Source of the DNA: an uncultured Gemmatimonadales bacterium
GTDB taxonomy: Bacteria > Gemmatimonadota > Gemmatimonadetes > Longimicrobiales > RSA9
Assembly (NCBI GenBank): GCA_963708135.1
Contig: OY970192.1
Location: 544,001-608,000 of the forward strand
Length of the DNA stretch: 64,000 nucleotides
Reading direction: 5' to 3'
Part shown: positions 8,351 to 18,916 of the stretch, one piece after another
How positions within the stretch are numbered: the stretch's first letter is position 1
How the letters are laid out: each line of letters opens with the position of its first letter
Program-made: the position numbers and the translations under genes
The notes under the pieces: generated by a model
Databases searched by the model: none
What the model saw: only the letters and a program-made list of their open reading frames with translations
Told to the model about the DNA's origin: nothing

Positions 8351-10657
8351 ATGAGGCAGCTCCAGATTCGCCGTCGGATTTGGCGAGGCGGGCCCGTGCG
8401 GCGTCCGCGGCGGGGCGCGCGCCCGTGCGCTCGCGCCGCCGCGGCCCTGGCCGGCATGGCGCTGCTCGCGGCCCGCCCCTGCGGCGCGCGGGCGCAGGAG
8501 GCGCCCCCCACGGGGGCGGAAGTCGTCGAGGTCCGCTTCGCGGGCGCGCGCGCCTTCTCGCCGGACGTGCTCCAGGGGGCGATCGCCACGACGCCGAGCA
8601 GCTGCAAGAGCCCGGCGCTCTTCTTCCTATGCTGGGCGGGGATCGCGGTGGACCGGCAGCTCTACGACCCCGTGACGGTGCGCGCGGACGCGCTGCGGCT
8701 GCGGCTCTTCTACTACCAGCGTGGCTATCGCGCGGCGAAGATCGAGGCGTCCGCGCGCCGGGTGGGCGAGGACGCGAGCGTCGCATTCCGCATCGACGAG
8801 GGACGGCCGACGCTGGTGGAGGATGTCCTCATGGCCGGGGCGGACCCCGGGCTCGAGGCGGCGCTGTCCCGGGACCTGCCGATGGCGGCGGGACGGCCCT
8901 TCAGCCTGGTGGGTTACCAGGCGGAGCGCGACTCGCTCGAGGCGCGGCTTCGCAACCGCGGCTACGCGCACGCCGCGGCACTGGCCGGCTACCGTATCGC
9001 GAGCGACTCGCCGTACGTGGCGCACGTGCGCTACGACCTGGTGCCGGGGGCGCTGGCGCGCATCGACCAGATCCGCGTGATCGGTGCGAAGCGCGTCTCG
9101 CCCGCGGTCGTGCGTCGCATGCTGACCTTCAAGCGGGGCGACCTGTACAGCGTGCGGGAGATCCTGCGTAGCCAGCGCAACCTGTTCGGGCTGCAGGTGT
9201 TCCGACACGCGGAGATCACGCCCGACCTGGACTCGCCGGTGGACAGCCTGGTGCCGATCCAGGTGCAGGTGAACGAGGGTGACATCCACCGCGTCCGCTT
9301 CGGCGCCGGCATGAACACGGCGGACTGCGTGAACGCCGAGGGGCGCTGGACCAGCCGCAACTTCCTCGGCGGCGCGCGCCGGCTCGAGCTGCGCGGGCAG
9401 ATCGCCAACGTGCTCGCCGGGGCGCTCGACCCGGTCCCCTGCTACGACACCGGCGCGGGCATCTACCGCAAGCTGGCCGGCGCCGTCACGGCGGACTTCA
9501 CACAGCCGTGGTTCTTCAGCCCCCTGAACAGCATGAGCGCGGGCCTTTTCGTCGAGCGCCGGACGGTGCCGCAGGTGTTCGTGCGGACGGCGCGCGGCGG
9601 CTACGTCTCGCTCTCGCGCTCGCTCGGCGTCGGGACCAGCGTCTCGGTCGGCTTCCGCCCCGAGGTCACGGAGCTGCAGGCCGAGGGCGACCTGCTCTTC
9701 TGCACGAACTTCACGATCTGCGAGCAGAAGGACATCCAGGTGCTCGAGTCGCCGCACTGGCTCGCGCCGCTGACGCTCTCGTGGGCGCGGGACCGCTCGA
9801 ACGCGCTGTTCGCCCCCACGCACGGCTCGGTGCTGCGCTTCGATGGCGAGCTGGCGGGCGCCATGACCGGCTCCGACTTCTCCTACGCGCGCCTTGCGGC
9901 CGAGCTGAGCGAGTACAGGAGCCTCGGCAGCGGCGTTGTGCTCGCCGCTCGGCTGCGTCCCGGCTGGGCGCGTTCCCTCGGCGAGCCGCCCGAGGCCGGC
10001 GGGCTCGGGCTGCACCCGCAGAAGCGCTTCTTCGCCGGCGGCCCGAACAGCGTGCGCGGCTACGCGCAGTACCGCCTCGGCCCGAAGGTCCTGACCGCGG
10101 ATGCCGCGCGCATGCTGGCCGCCCCCGACTCGCTCGGCGGCGCCGGCTGCAGCGCGCAGCAGATCAACGACCGCAGCTGCGACCCCGGCGCCCTGCCGGC
10201 CAGCTCCTTCGACGTGCACCCGGTGGGCGGCGCCGCGCTGCTCGAGGGCAACGTGGAACTGCGCGTTCCCCTCTGGTGGGACAACGTCCGCGCCGCCACC
10301 TTCCTCGACTTCGGGCAGGTCTGGCCGCAGGCCTCGCAGGCCCGCCTCCGGGGGCTGGCTTTGACACCGGGCATCGGGGTCCGCTATTTCAGCGCGATCG
10401 GGCCGATCCGCATCGACGTGGGCTACAACGGCAGTGCCGCCGAGCGACTTCCCGTGCTGACGACGGAGGTGTGCGCCTACGTCAGCGCGGAGCAGCCGTG
10501 CGCGCCGATCGAGGTCGGCCGCAGCTACGCGCCGGGCGAGCTCCGCGACGTGCCGAACGGCCAGTTGCGCGCGCTCGACACGAACGTTCTCTGGCAGCCA
10601 CGCGGGAGCCTGCTCAGCCGGCTCCAGCTCCAGTTCTCGATCGGACAGGCGTTCTAG
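8351..10657 (+). CDS. tamA: Omp85/TamA-family outer membrane protein
   Basis: POTRA-like repeats (YYQRGY, LRNRGY), FFAGGPNSVRGY loop motif, GPIRID, C-terminal SIGQAF; upstream of tamB. Start could be ATG 8456. Confidence 0.85.
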   Translation: MRQLQIRRRIWRGGPVRRPRRGARPCARAAAALAGMALLAARPCGARAQEAPPTGAEVVEVRFAGARAFSPDVLQGAIATTPSSCKSPALFFLCWAGIAVDRQLYDPVTVRADALRLRLFYYQRGYRAAKIEASARRVGEDASVAFRIDEGRPTLVEDVLMAGADPGLEAALSRDLPMAAGRPFSLVGYQAERDSLEARLRNRGYAHAAALAGYRIASDSPYVAHVRYDLVPGALARIDQIRVIGAKRVSPAVVRRMLTFKRGDLYSVREILRSQRNLFGLQVFRHAEITPDLDSPVDSLVPIQVQVNEGDIHRVRFGAGMNTADCVNAEGRWTSRNFLGGARRLELRGQIANVLAGALDPVPCYDTGAGIYRKLAGAVTADFTQPWFFSPLNSMSAGLFVERRTVPQVFVRTARGGYVSLSRSLGVGTSVSVGFRPEVTELQAEGDLLFCTNFTICEQKDIQVLESPHWLAPLTLSWARDRSNALFAPTHGSVLRFDGELAGAMTGSDFSYARLAAELSEYRSLGSGVVLAARLRPGWARSLGEPPEAGGLGLHPQKRFFAGGPNSVRGYAQYRLGPKVLTADAARMLAAPDSLGGAGCSAQQINDRSCDPGALPASSFDVHPVGGAALLEGNVELRVPLWWDNVRAATFLDFGQVWPQASQARLRGLALTPGIGVRYFSAIGPIRIDVGYNGSAAERLPVLTTEVCAYVSAEQPCAPIEVGRSYAPGELRDVPNGQLRALDTNVLWQPRGSLLSRLQLQFSIGQAF

Positions 10658-10660
10658 GCC

Positions 10661-13600
10661 GTGACTCACGCGCTGCGCGTCCTGAAGACCGCGCTGATCC
10701 TGGCGCTCGCGCTCGTGGCGCTCGCCCTCGCCGCGCTGCTCCTGCTCACGCGCACGCCGCTCGGCGTGACGCGCGCCGGCGAGTACGTGTTGGGCTCCTT
10801 CCGCCGGCAGATCCACGGCTCGCTCCGGGTCGGCTCGGTCCGGAGCCGCTCGCTGCTCGGGGGCGTGACGCTGCACGACGTGGCGATCGATGGGCCGACC
10901 GGTGCGCCCTTCCTGCGCGTGGACAGCGTGAGCGTCGGCTACGACTGGCGCTCGCTGGTGCGCGGCCGGATCGTGCTCCACGACGTCACCCTCTACCATC
11001 CGGTGCTCGAGCTCGAGCAGGTGCCGGGCGACACCCTCTGGAACTTCGAGCACATCTTCCTCGACACGACCGCGGGCCCGTCCGCGAACCGGCTCATCCT
11101 GCTTCGGGCCGTCCACCTGGTGAACGGCTTCGCCACGGTGGCGTACCCGCTCTCCGTGAAGGGGCGCTTGCAGCCCTCGGATACCGCGCGGCTGCTCGTC
11201 CGGCACGTGCCGACCGGCTGGCAGCGGGTCATGCGCTTCGAGGGCGTGAACGGCCGGCTGCCGCGCGTGCTCTGGTCCTCGCCCGACGAGCCCGGCCGGC
11301 TCTTCAACGTGGACTCGATCGCGGGGCTCGCCTACGTGTGGCAGGAGCCCGTGCCGATCCGCCAGGGCGCGGGCACGCTGGCTTCGCGCGACTCGATCGT
11401 CTCCTTCGACTTCCCGACCGTCCGGCTGCCGGTCACACGCGGCTCCATCCTCGGCCGCGTCATCGTGCGCCACGAGCAGAACGACTACGACGTGCGCGTG
11501 CGCACCGACACCTTCTCCTTCTCCGACCTCGGCTGGGTCTACCCGCGCTTCCCCGCCCACGGCGGCGGCAGCGGCGAGCTGCGCATCCTGACCGTGCCGC
11601 GCGGCACGCTCTGGCTCATGCAGGACGCGCGCATCCAGGCGCCCGGCACGCGCGTGGCCGGCTCGTTCGGCATCGTGACCGGCGACACGCTCTACTTCAC
11701 GAAGGTCTCGCTCCGCGCCTCGCCCTTCGACCTCGAGCTGGTCGAGTCCATGCTGCCCGGCGGGCTCCCCGTGAAGGGGCTGCTCGTGGGGACCGTGGTG
11801 GTCGACGGCCCGCTCTCCGCGCTCGACACGCACGGCGACCTGCACCTGGCCGGCCGCGGCGGCGGCGAGAACCGCGTCGACTGGCGCGGCACGCTCGACC
11901 TCAGGGCGCCCTACGCGGCGCGCGCCTTCACCGCCGACCTCCACGGACTCGACCTCGCCCTCCTGTCGGTGATGGTGCGCGACCTCCCGCTGACCGGCTC
12001 CGTCTCCGGCCGCATCCAGGCGACGGGGCGCCTCGACCGCTCCCTGCGCCTCGTCGCTTCCCTCGACCACGAGCGCGCCGGCGCGCCGCCATCCCACATC
12101 GATGGCTCCGGCAGCCTGGCCATGCGCGAGGGATCCCCCGATGTTGACCTCCAGCTGCGCGCCACGCCCTTCGAGCTGGGCGCGCTGACGAGCGCGTTCC
12201 CCTTCCTCACCCGCCTCGAGGGGCAGGCGAGCGGCCCCGTCACCGTCCGCGGCACGCCCGCCGACCTGGGCGTGCACGCCGATCTCGAGACCCCCGCCGG
12301 CCCCGTCACCATGGACGGGCGCTTCGATCTCACCGGCGCCCGGCCCATCTACCACGCGACGGGCACCGTCACCGGCTTCCGGCTCGGCCGCGCGCTCACC
12401 GCGCTGCCCGCGGCCAGCACGCTCACCGCCCGGTTCCGCGTGGACGGCTCCGGCGCCGACCTCGCGTCCGCCGCGGCCACGGCCGTGGTCCACGTCGACA
12501 CGGCGCACGTGGGCGCGCTGGCGGTGCACGATGGGCTGCTTCGCCTCGACGTCCGCGACGGCGTGGCGCGCGTGGACACGCTCACCCTGCCCACCAACGC
12601 GGGCCGGATCACCGGCGATGGCTCGCTCGGCCTCGCGCCCGGCCGCTCGGGCACGGTCCGCCTCGCCGTGCGCGCCGACTCGCTGGCCGCGCTGCGCCCC
12701 TTCTTCTTCCCGGACACCCTGCTCCTGGCCGGGGCGGGCGCGCAGCCGCCATCCGCGCCGTACTTCGACGGCGACCTGCGGGCGAGCGCGAAGCTGGTCG
12801 GCAGCATCTCGGACTTCGACGTGAGCGGCGACGCGGCGCTCGACCGGCTCGTCTTTGGCGAGCTGCGCGCCCGCCGCGCCACGCTCCGCTTCACCGGCAG
12901 CGGCGTGGGCGGCCCGCGCTTCGGCCTGCACGTGGAGGCGCGCGCCGACTCCGTCCGCCTCGGCGCCCGGCAGGTGGACACCGCCGCCTTCGCGCTCGAC
13001 TACGCAGGCCCGGAAGGGGTGCTGCGCTTCGACGCGGCCGCGCCCGGCCGCGGCGCGTACCGCCTCTCGAGCCGGTTCCGCCGCGCCGGCGACGGCCTCC
13101 TCTTCGACATCGGCGAGCTCCGGTTCGGGGGGGACGAGGGGTTGTGGCGGCTGGCGGCGCCGGCGCGCCTGAGGGTGGCCGCCGACGCCGTCGACCTGGA
13201 CAGCCTCTCGCTCGTCGGGGCCGGCGGCGGTTCGATCACCGCCCATGGCGCCCTCGGCTGGAGCGCAAGAGACGCGGCCGGCCGGCCCACCGATCCGCCG
13301 CTCTCCTTCGCGCTGGATGTCGAGCGCGCCTCGATCCCGGACTTCCTGCGGCTCGCGCAGACCGATCCGCGCGCCGGCGGCGTGGTCAGCGGCCGGCTTT
13401 CGCTGGGCGGCTCCGCCCTCGCGCCGGTGATCGGCGGAACGGTGACGGTGGACAGCCTGCGCTACGGGGACCGCGCGCTGCAGCGCCTCCAGGCGACGAT
13501 GGCGTACGCGGACCACCGGCTCGACCTCCGGCTCGAGGGCCGCGAGGGTGGCCGGCGCATCCTGGCCGGCAACGGGCGGATCCCGCTGGACCTCGCGCTG

Positions 13601-15124
13601 GCCCCGGACGTGACGCGGCGGCCGCGCGAGCCGCTCGCCTTCACGCTCGAGACGGATACCATGCCGGCGGGGCTCCTCACGAGCTTCGTGGAGGGGATCG
13701 AGGACACGCAGGGCAGCGTCACCGGCACGCTGCGCGTGGGCGGCACGACCGCGGATCCGAGCGTGACGGGCGAGCTGGCCCTCCGGGACGGCGGGATGGT
13801 GTGGACGCCGGCGGGCGTGCGCTACCGGGACCTGGAGGGGACGGCGCGGATGCAGGGTGATCGGACGGTGCGCGTCGCGCTGGCGGGCCGGTCCGGCGGC
13901 GGCACGGCGCGCATCGAGGGCACCGTCGCCTTCAACACGCTGGACGATCCGCGCCTCGCCCTGACGATCGAGCCCGCCGCGTTCCTGGCGGCGAGGCGCC
14001 GCGACGTGGACCTGACGGCGTCGGGGCGGCTCCAGCTCGGGGGCAGCTACCGTTCGCCGCGGATCTCCGGCCGGCTCACGGTGGAGAGGGGCACGCTCTA
14101 CCTCGACCAGGTCTGGCGGCAGTACAACATCGTGGAGCTCGACGATCCGCTCCTCTTCGACGTGGTGGACACCTCCGTGGTGGCCATGCGCGCCATCCTG
14201 CCGGATGTCGAGTCGAGCCCGTTCCTGAAGAATCTCGTCGTGTCCGGCTTCACCATGGACGTGGGGCGGGACGCCTGGCTGCGCGGCAAGGACATGAACG
14301 TCGAGGTGACCGGCGCGCTCTCGGTGGAGTACGGCCGGCAGGCGGACAGCCTCCGTATTGCCGGCTCGCTCACCGCCGTGCGCGGCACCTACCAGCTCTA
14401 CGGCCGGCGCTTCGAGATCCAGAGCGGGACGGTCGAGTTCTTCGGCACCCCCGACTTCGACCCCGGCCTCGACTTCACGGCCGTATACCACGGCGCCCGC
14501 AGCGCGCAGGGCGACCCGCTGAACATCCAGGCGAACGTGACCGGGACGCTGCAGAACCCGCGCGTCACGCTGACCAGCGACGCCACGCCCGCCATCAACG
14601 AATCGGACCTGGCCAGCTATCTGCTCTTCGGCCGCCCCACCTACGCGCTCGCCCCGAGCGAGCAGCGCGCGCTCGGCACGGCCGCCTCGCGGCTGGGCGC
14701 GCTCTCCGCGCCCGCCGGGCTGCTGCTCGATGCCATCGGCCCGAGCTTCCTCGGCTACGCGGCCAGTGGCCTCGAGGCCTTCGCGCAGAACCTCGGCCTC
14801 GACTACGTCTCGCTCAGCTCGGCCGAGGTCGCGCAGACCGACCCCGGCACCCCGCTCGGCCTGCTCTCGCGCACCCAGCTCGAGGTCGGCCGCTACGTCG
14901 GCGACGACCTCTTCGTCGCCTTCACCCAGAGCCTGTCCGGAATGGGCGGCGCCACCGAGTACCGCAAGCCCGGCGTCAAGGTGGAATGGCGCCTGCTGCC
15001 GAGCTGGACCGCGGAGTTCTTCGCGGACGACCGGTGGGCCCGCATGCCGTCGTACGGGCTCGAGCAGACCGCGCAGGCCAAGAAGGTCTTCGGCATGTTC
15101 CTCTTCCGCGAATGGGGGTACTGA
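10661..15124 (+). CDS. tamB: Translocation and assembly module TamB (AsmA/DUF490)
   Basis: 1487 aa, N-terminal anchor, glycine-rich beta repeats, C-terminal DUF490-type motifs (GTLQNPRVTLTSD, SYLLFG, LEVGRY). Confidence 0.85.
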   Translation: MTHALRVLKTALILALALVALALAALLLLTRTPLGVTRAGEYVLGSFRRQIHGSLRVGSVRSRSLLGGVTLHDVAIDGPTGAPFLRVDSVSVGYDWRSLVRGRIVLHDVTLYHPVLELEQVPGDTLWNFEHIFLDTTAGPSANRLILLRAVHLVNGFATVAYPLSVKGRLQPSDTARLLVRHVPTGWQRVMRFEGVNGRLPRVLWSSPDEPGRLFNVDSIAGLAYVWQEPVPIRQGAGTLASRDSIVSFDFPTVRLPVTRGSILGRVIVRHEQNDYDVRVRTDTFSFSDLGWVYPRFPAHGGGSGELRILTVPRGTLWLMQDARIQAPGTRVAGSFGIVTGDTLYFTKVSLRASPFDLELVESMLPGGLPVKGLLVGTVVVDGPLSALDTHGDLHLAGRGGGENRVDWRGTLDLRAPYAARAFTADLHGLDLALLSVMVRDLPLTGSVSGRIQATGRLDRSLRLVASLDHERAGAPPSHIDGSGSLAMREGSPDVDLQLRATPFELGALTSAFPFLTRLEGQASGPVTVRGTPADLGVHADLETPAGPVTMDGRFDLTGARPIYHATGTVTGFRLGRALTALPAASTLTARFRVDGSGADLASAAATAVVHVDTAHVGALAVHDGLLRLDVRDGVARVDTLTLPTNAGRITGDGSLGLAPGRSGTVRLAVRADSLAALRPFFFPDTLLLAGAGAQPPSAPYFDGDLRASAKLVGSISDFDVSGDAALDRLVFGELRARRATLRFTGSGVGGPRFGLHVEARADSVRLGARQVDTAAFALDYAGPEGVLRFDAAAPGRGAYRLSSRFRRAGDGLLFDIGELRFGGDEGLWRLAAPARLRVAADAVDLDSLSLVGAGGGSITAHGALGWSARDAAGRPTDPPLSFALDVERASIPDFLRLAQTDPRAGGVVSGRLSLGGSALAPVIGGTVTVDSLRYGDRALQRLQATMAYADHRLDLRLEGREGGRRILAGNGRIPLDLALAPDVTRRPREPLAFTLETDTMPAGLLTSFVEGIEDTQGSVTGTLRVGGTTADPSVTGELALRDGGMVWTPAGVRYRDLEGTARMQGDRTVRVALAGRSGGGTARIEGTVAFNTLDDPRLALTIEPAAFLAARRRDVDLTASGRLQLGGSYRSPRISGRLTVERGTLYLDQVWRQYNIVELDDPLLFDVVDTSVVAMRAILPDVESSPFLKNLVVSGFTMDVGRDAWLRGKDMNVEVTGALSVEYGRQADSLRIAGSLTAVRGTYQLYGRRFEIQSGTVEFFGTPDFDPGLDFTAVYHGARSAQGDPLNIQANVTGTLQNPRVTLTSDATPAINESDLASYLLFGRPTYALAPSEQRALGTAASRLGALSAPAGLLLDAIGPSFLGYAASGLEAFAQNLGLDYVSLSSAEVAQTDPGTPLGLLSRTQLEVGRYVGDDLFVAFTQSLSGMGGATEYRKPGVKVEWRLLPSWTAEFFADDRWARMPSYGLEQTAQAKKVFGMFLFREWGY

Positions 15125-17019
15125 TTCCCGACCCAGGCCGTCCGGACCCCTCTCGCAGGCAGCGCCGCGCCCGCGCCCGGAACCGCCGTCTCGGCAGCTA
15201 CGTCCGGCACCCGACCAAGGCCCCGCCGATCGGCGCCGCCCGCCACGGCTGGCAGGTCTTCGTGGACTGGTTCAACGGGCTCGAGCTCGACGAGAGCACG
15301 ATCCTCCTCGCCTTCGCCCTCGCCGTCGGCGCCGCCGCCGCCCTCGGGGTCGTCGCCTTCTTCAAGCTCATCGACTGGGCTTACTTCGCCCTCTTCCGCT
15401 GGCCCGTCGAGCTCTACCCCGCGCTCAGGTACCCGATCTACCGGCCGCTGCTCACCGCCGCCGGCTTCGCGGGCGCCTACTGGCTCGCCCGCCGCCTGGC
15501 CGGGGGCGAGGACGGCCCGAACATCCCCTACGTCCAGCTCTCCGTGGCCCGCCGCGGCGGCGACGTGCCTACCCGCGAGGGCATCGTGCACGCCGCCGCC
15601 AGCGCCGTCACCCTCGGCTCCGGCGGCTCCGCGGGCAGCGAGGGCCCGGTCGCCGTGTTGGGCGCCACCGTCGGCTCCTGGCTCGGACGGGTGTTCCACT
15701 TCGACTCCTCGCGCGTGAAGATCCTCGTCGGCGCGGGCGCCGCCGCCGGCATCGCCGCCTCGTTCAACGCGCCGCTCGCGGGCGCGTTCTTCGGACTCGA
15801 GGAGATCATGGGCGACTTCACGGCCGGCAGCTTTCCGCCGATCGTCGTCGCCAGCGTCATCTCGGCGGTCATCTCGCGCGCCTTCTTCGGCAACCATCCC
15901 GCCTTCCCGGTGCCGCAGCAGTACGGCTTCGCGCTCTGGCGCGAGGTGGTGCTCTTCTATCCCCTGCTGGGCGTCGCGGCCGGGTTCGTGGGCGTCTTCT
16001 TCGTGCGCACCTACTTCGGCCTCGGCGAGCTCGTGCGTCGCTCGCAGCTCTCGCCCACGCTGCTGCCCTGGATCGGCGGCGCCATCGTCGGCCTCATCGT
16101 GCTCGTCTCCGGCGGCGTCCTCGTCGGCTACGGCCACCTGGCCGTCCGCATCGAGGTGTTCGGCGGCATGGCCTTCGGCACCCTCGCCCTGCTCACGCTC
16201 GGGAAGATCGTCGCCACCTCGATCACGCTGAACGCCGGCGGCTCCGGCGGCGTCTTCACGCCCTCGCTCTACATCGGCGCCGCCTTCGGCGGCTGCTTCG
16301 GCGTGGGCCTCGCCGACCTCTTCCCCAGGCTCGGCCTGCACCCCGAGGCGTACGCGCTCGTCGGCATGGGCACCATGGTCGCCGCCGCCACGCGCGCGCC
16401 GATCACCGCCATCCTCATCGTGTTCGAGATGACCAACGACTACGCGATCATGCCGCCGCTCATGCTGGCCACGGTGATCGCGTACCTGGTCTCGCGCACC
16501 TTCGAGCGCGACTCCCTCTACAGCGGCTGGCTCGCGCGCCGCGGCGAGAGGATCGAGCACGGCACGGACCGCGACATGCTCGCCCGCCTGTCCGTGCGCG
16601 ACGCCTACGACCCGAACCCGCAGGTCATCGGCGAGGCCGCGCCGCTGCCGCAGCTGCTCGAGCACCTCGGGCAGGGCGAGCAGATCGAGTTCCCCGTCGT
16701 CGACGAGGACATCCGCGTGCTGGGCGTCATCACCATCGCCGACCTCGGCCGGGCCGCGCTCGACTACCGCGACCTCTCCTCGCTCCTCGTCGCCGCCGAC
16801 GTGGCCACCCCGACCGAGACCGCCACCCTCGAGAACTCGCTCCTCGAGGCCATGCGCCGCATGGGCGTCCGCGGCACCGGCTCGCTGCCCGTCGTGGACG
16901 CGCACGGCAAGCTCGTCGGCCTCATCAGCCGCGGGCACATCCTGGCCGTCTACGAGCGCGCCATCGCCGGCGAGAACGTCAGCGCCGGCACGGGACCGCC
17001 CCGCCCGGCGGAGGGGTAG
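15112..17019 (+). CDS. ClC-family anion/H+ exchanger with two C-terminal CBS domains
   Basis: GSAGSEGP, FNAPLAG..FGLEE, GGSGGVFTPSL, EMT..Y, SLY; CBS motifs FPVVD and LPVVD. Start uncertain. Confidence 0.9.
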   Translation: MGVLIPDPGRPDPSRRQRRARARNRRLGSYVRHPTKAPPIGAARHGWQVFVDWFNGLELDESTILLAFALAVGAAAALGVVAFFKLIDWAYFALFRWPVELYPALRYPIYRPLLTAAGFAGAYWLARRLAGGEDGPNIPYVQLSVARRGGDVPTREGIVHAAASAVTLGSGGSAGSEGPVAVLGATVGSWLGRVFHFDSSRVKILVGAGAAAGIAASFNAPLAGAFFGLEEIMGDFTAGSFPPIVVASVISAVISRAFFGNHPAFPVPQQYGFALWREVVLFYPLLGVAAGFVGVFFVRTYFGLGELVRRSQLSPTLLPWIGGAIVGLIVLVSGGVLVGYGHLAVRIEVFGGMAFGTLALLTLGKIVATSITLNAGGSGGVFTPSLYIGAAFGGCFGVGLADLFPRLGLHPEAYALVGMGTMVAAATRAPITAILIVFEMTNDYAIMPPLMLATVIAYLVSRTFERDSLYSGWLARRGERIEHGTDRDMLARLSVRDAYDPNPQVIGEAAPLPQLLEHLGQGEQIEFPVVDEDIRVLGVITIADLGRAALDYRDLSSLLVAADVATPTETATLENSLLEAMRRMGVRGTGSLPVVDAHGKLVGLISRGHILAVYERAIAGENVSAGTGPPRPAEG

Positions 17020-17076
17020 TAGCGAGCACCACCGAAATGAACCGAGTCCGCTAATCCGTCTTCGGGTGAGGTCGAA

Positions 17077-17952
17077 ATGGCCAGAACGAAGGTCTTCATG
17101 ATGATGGCGGGGCTCACGGCCCTGCTGGTCGTGCTCGGCGGCGCCGTGGGCGGGCGCGCCGGCATGATACTCTTCTTCGCGTTCGCCGCCGTCATGAACT
17201 TCGGCATGTACTGGTTCAGCGACCGCATGGTGCTGCGCTCCTACGGCGCGCGGGTCATCGCGCGCGCGGACGCGCCCGAGCTCTACGACCTGGTGGACCG
17301 CCTGCGGCAGCGGGCGGGGCTGCCGATGCCGGTGGTGGCGATCGCGCCATCCCAGCAGCCGAACGCGTTCGCCACGGGGCGGAGCCCCGAGCACGCCGTG
17401 GTGTGCTGCACGGCGGGCATCCTGCAGCTGGTGGGCAAGGATGAGTTGGAGGGGGTGCTGGGCCACGAGCTGGCGCACGTCAAGCTGCACCACATGCTCG
17501 TCGGTACCATCGCCGCCACCATGGCGGGCGCGATCTCCATGATCGGCAGCGTGGTGCGCTGGGGCGCGATCTTCGGCGGCTTCGGCGGCCGCGACCGCGA
17601 CAGCGGCGGGCTGGAGCTGCTGGTGATGGCGATCGTCGCGCCGATCGCGGCCATGATCATCCAGTTCGCCATCAGCCGACAGAACGAGTTCCAGGCGGAC
17701 GCGCTGGGCTCCGAGATCAGCGGCAAGCCGCTCTCGCTGGCGCACGCGCTCGAGCACCTGGAGAGCTATGCGCAGCGGATCCCGATGCGGGTGAATCCAG
17801 CCGCGGCCCAGCTGGCCATCGTGAACCCGCTCGCGGGCGTGAAGGGCGCCGGCTTCATGCGCCTCTTCAGCACCCATCCCAGCACCGAGGAGCGCGTGGC
17901 GCGGCTGCAGGAGCTGGCGCAGAGCCCGGAATTCCACGCGCTCGGGGCCTGA
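17077..17952 (+). CDS. htpX: Zinc metalloprotease HtpX (M48)
   Basis: PNAFATGR, HELAH, SRQNEFQAD, LFSTHP..EER. Confidence 0.95.
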   Translation: MARTKVFMMMAGLTALLVVLGGAVGGRAGMILFFAFAAVMNFGMYWFSDRMVLRSYGARVIARADAPELYDLVDRLRQRAGLPMPVVAIAPSQQPNAFATGRSPEHAVVCCTAGILQLVGKDELEGVLGHELAHVKLHHMLVGTIAATMAGAISMIGSVVRWGAIFGGFGGRDRDSGGLELLVMAIVAPIAAMIIQFAISRQNEFQADALGSEISGKPLSLAHALEHLESYAQRIPMRVNPAAAQLAIVNPLAGVKGAGFMRLFSTHPSTEERVARLQELAQSPEFHALGA

Positions 17953-17968
17953 GGTTTCGCCTCCTCCG

Positions 17969-18916
17969 GTGCCCGGTCAGGCGACGTCACGCCCCGCCGG
18001 CCCCTACGCCGGCCGCACCTTCATCATTCTGAATCCCGCCGCGGGCTCCGAGGACGCGGCCCGGCTGCGGCGTCTCGTCGGCGGCGCCTTCGCCGCCCGT
18101 GGGGCGCCGTTCGACCTGGCCGCCACGGAGCACCCCGGGCACGCCACGGAGCTCGCGCGCGAGGCCGTCGCCCTCGGCTACCGCGCCGTCTGCGTGGTGG
18201 GCGGCGACGGCACCCTCGCCGAGGCGGCCACGGCCGTCGGCGGCAGCGACGTCCCGCTCGCCATCATCCCGCGCGGCACCGCCAACCAGCTCGCCGCCAA
18301 CCTGGGCCTGCCCGTCGAGATGGAGGCTGCCGTGGACGTGGCCGTGGCCGGCACGCCCGTCCCCTTCGACCTCGGCCAGGTCAACGGCCGCGCCTTCGCG
18401 CTCGTGACCGGCGCCGGCTACGATGCCGCCGTCATGTCCGCCGCCACCCGGCCGCTCAAGGAGCGCTGGGGCTTTGCCGCCTACCTCTATGCCGCCGCCA
18501 AGGAGGCGCTCTCCGCCGCGCCGGTCCCGTTCCGCATCACCCGCGACGGCGAGACCATCGAGGTGCGCGCGATCACCGTGATGATCGCCAACGTGGGGGC
18601 CCTCTTCGCCAGCTTCCTGCCCTTCGGCTTCTCCCTCGCCCCCGAGCCCGACCTGTCGTGGCGCGATGGGCTCCTCGACGTGCTCGTGCTCGCGCCCCGC
18701 AGCGCGCCCGAGTTCGCGGGCGTGCTCTGGAGCGCCGCCCGGCGGCGCTTCGAGGGAGGTGGCCGGATGCTCCACTTCCAGGCGCGCGAGATCACCGTCG
18801 AGGCCGATCCCCCCGTCCCGATGCAGGTGGACGGCGACCCCGCCGGCACGACCCCCCTCGCGGCCAGCGTCGTGCCCGGCGGGCTGCGCATCCTCGTGCC
18901 GCCCCGGCTCGTGTGA
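17969..18916 (+). CDS. Diacylglycerol/lipid kinase family protein (YegS/DagK-like)
   Basis: ILNPAAG, GGDGTL, PRGTANQLA, DGLLDV, QVDGD. Confidence 0.9.
   Translation: MPGQATSRPAGPYAGRTFIILNPAAGSEDAARLRRLVGGAFAARGAPFDLAATEHPGHATELAREAVALGYRAVCVVGGDGTLAEAATAVGGSDVPLAIIPRGTANQLAANLGLPVEMEAAVDVAVAGTPVPFDLGQVNGRAFALVTGAGYDAAVMSAATRPLKERWGFAAYLYAAAKEALSAAPVPFRITRDGETIEVRAITVMIANVGALFASFLPFGFSLAPEPDLSWRDGLLDVLVLAPRSAPEFAGVLWSAARRRFEGGGRMLHFQAREITVEADPPVPMQVDGDPAGTTPLAASVVPGGLRILVPPRLV

Noticed and set aside
8627..14491. Very long antisense ORFs (1954 aa here; also 19527-24347, 24756-28391, 2762-5929, 34890-38072, 39756-42833)
   Set aside because: They shadow well-supported + strand genes, have no motifs, and are expected from stop-codon scarcity in high-GC codon usage.
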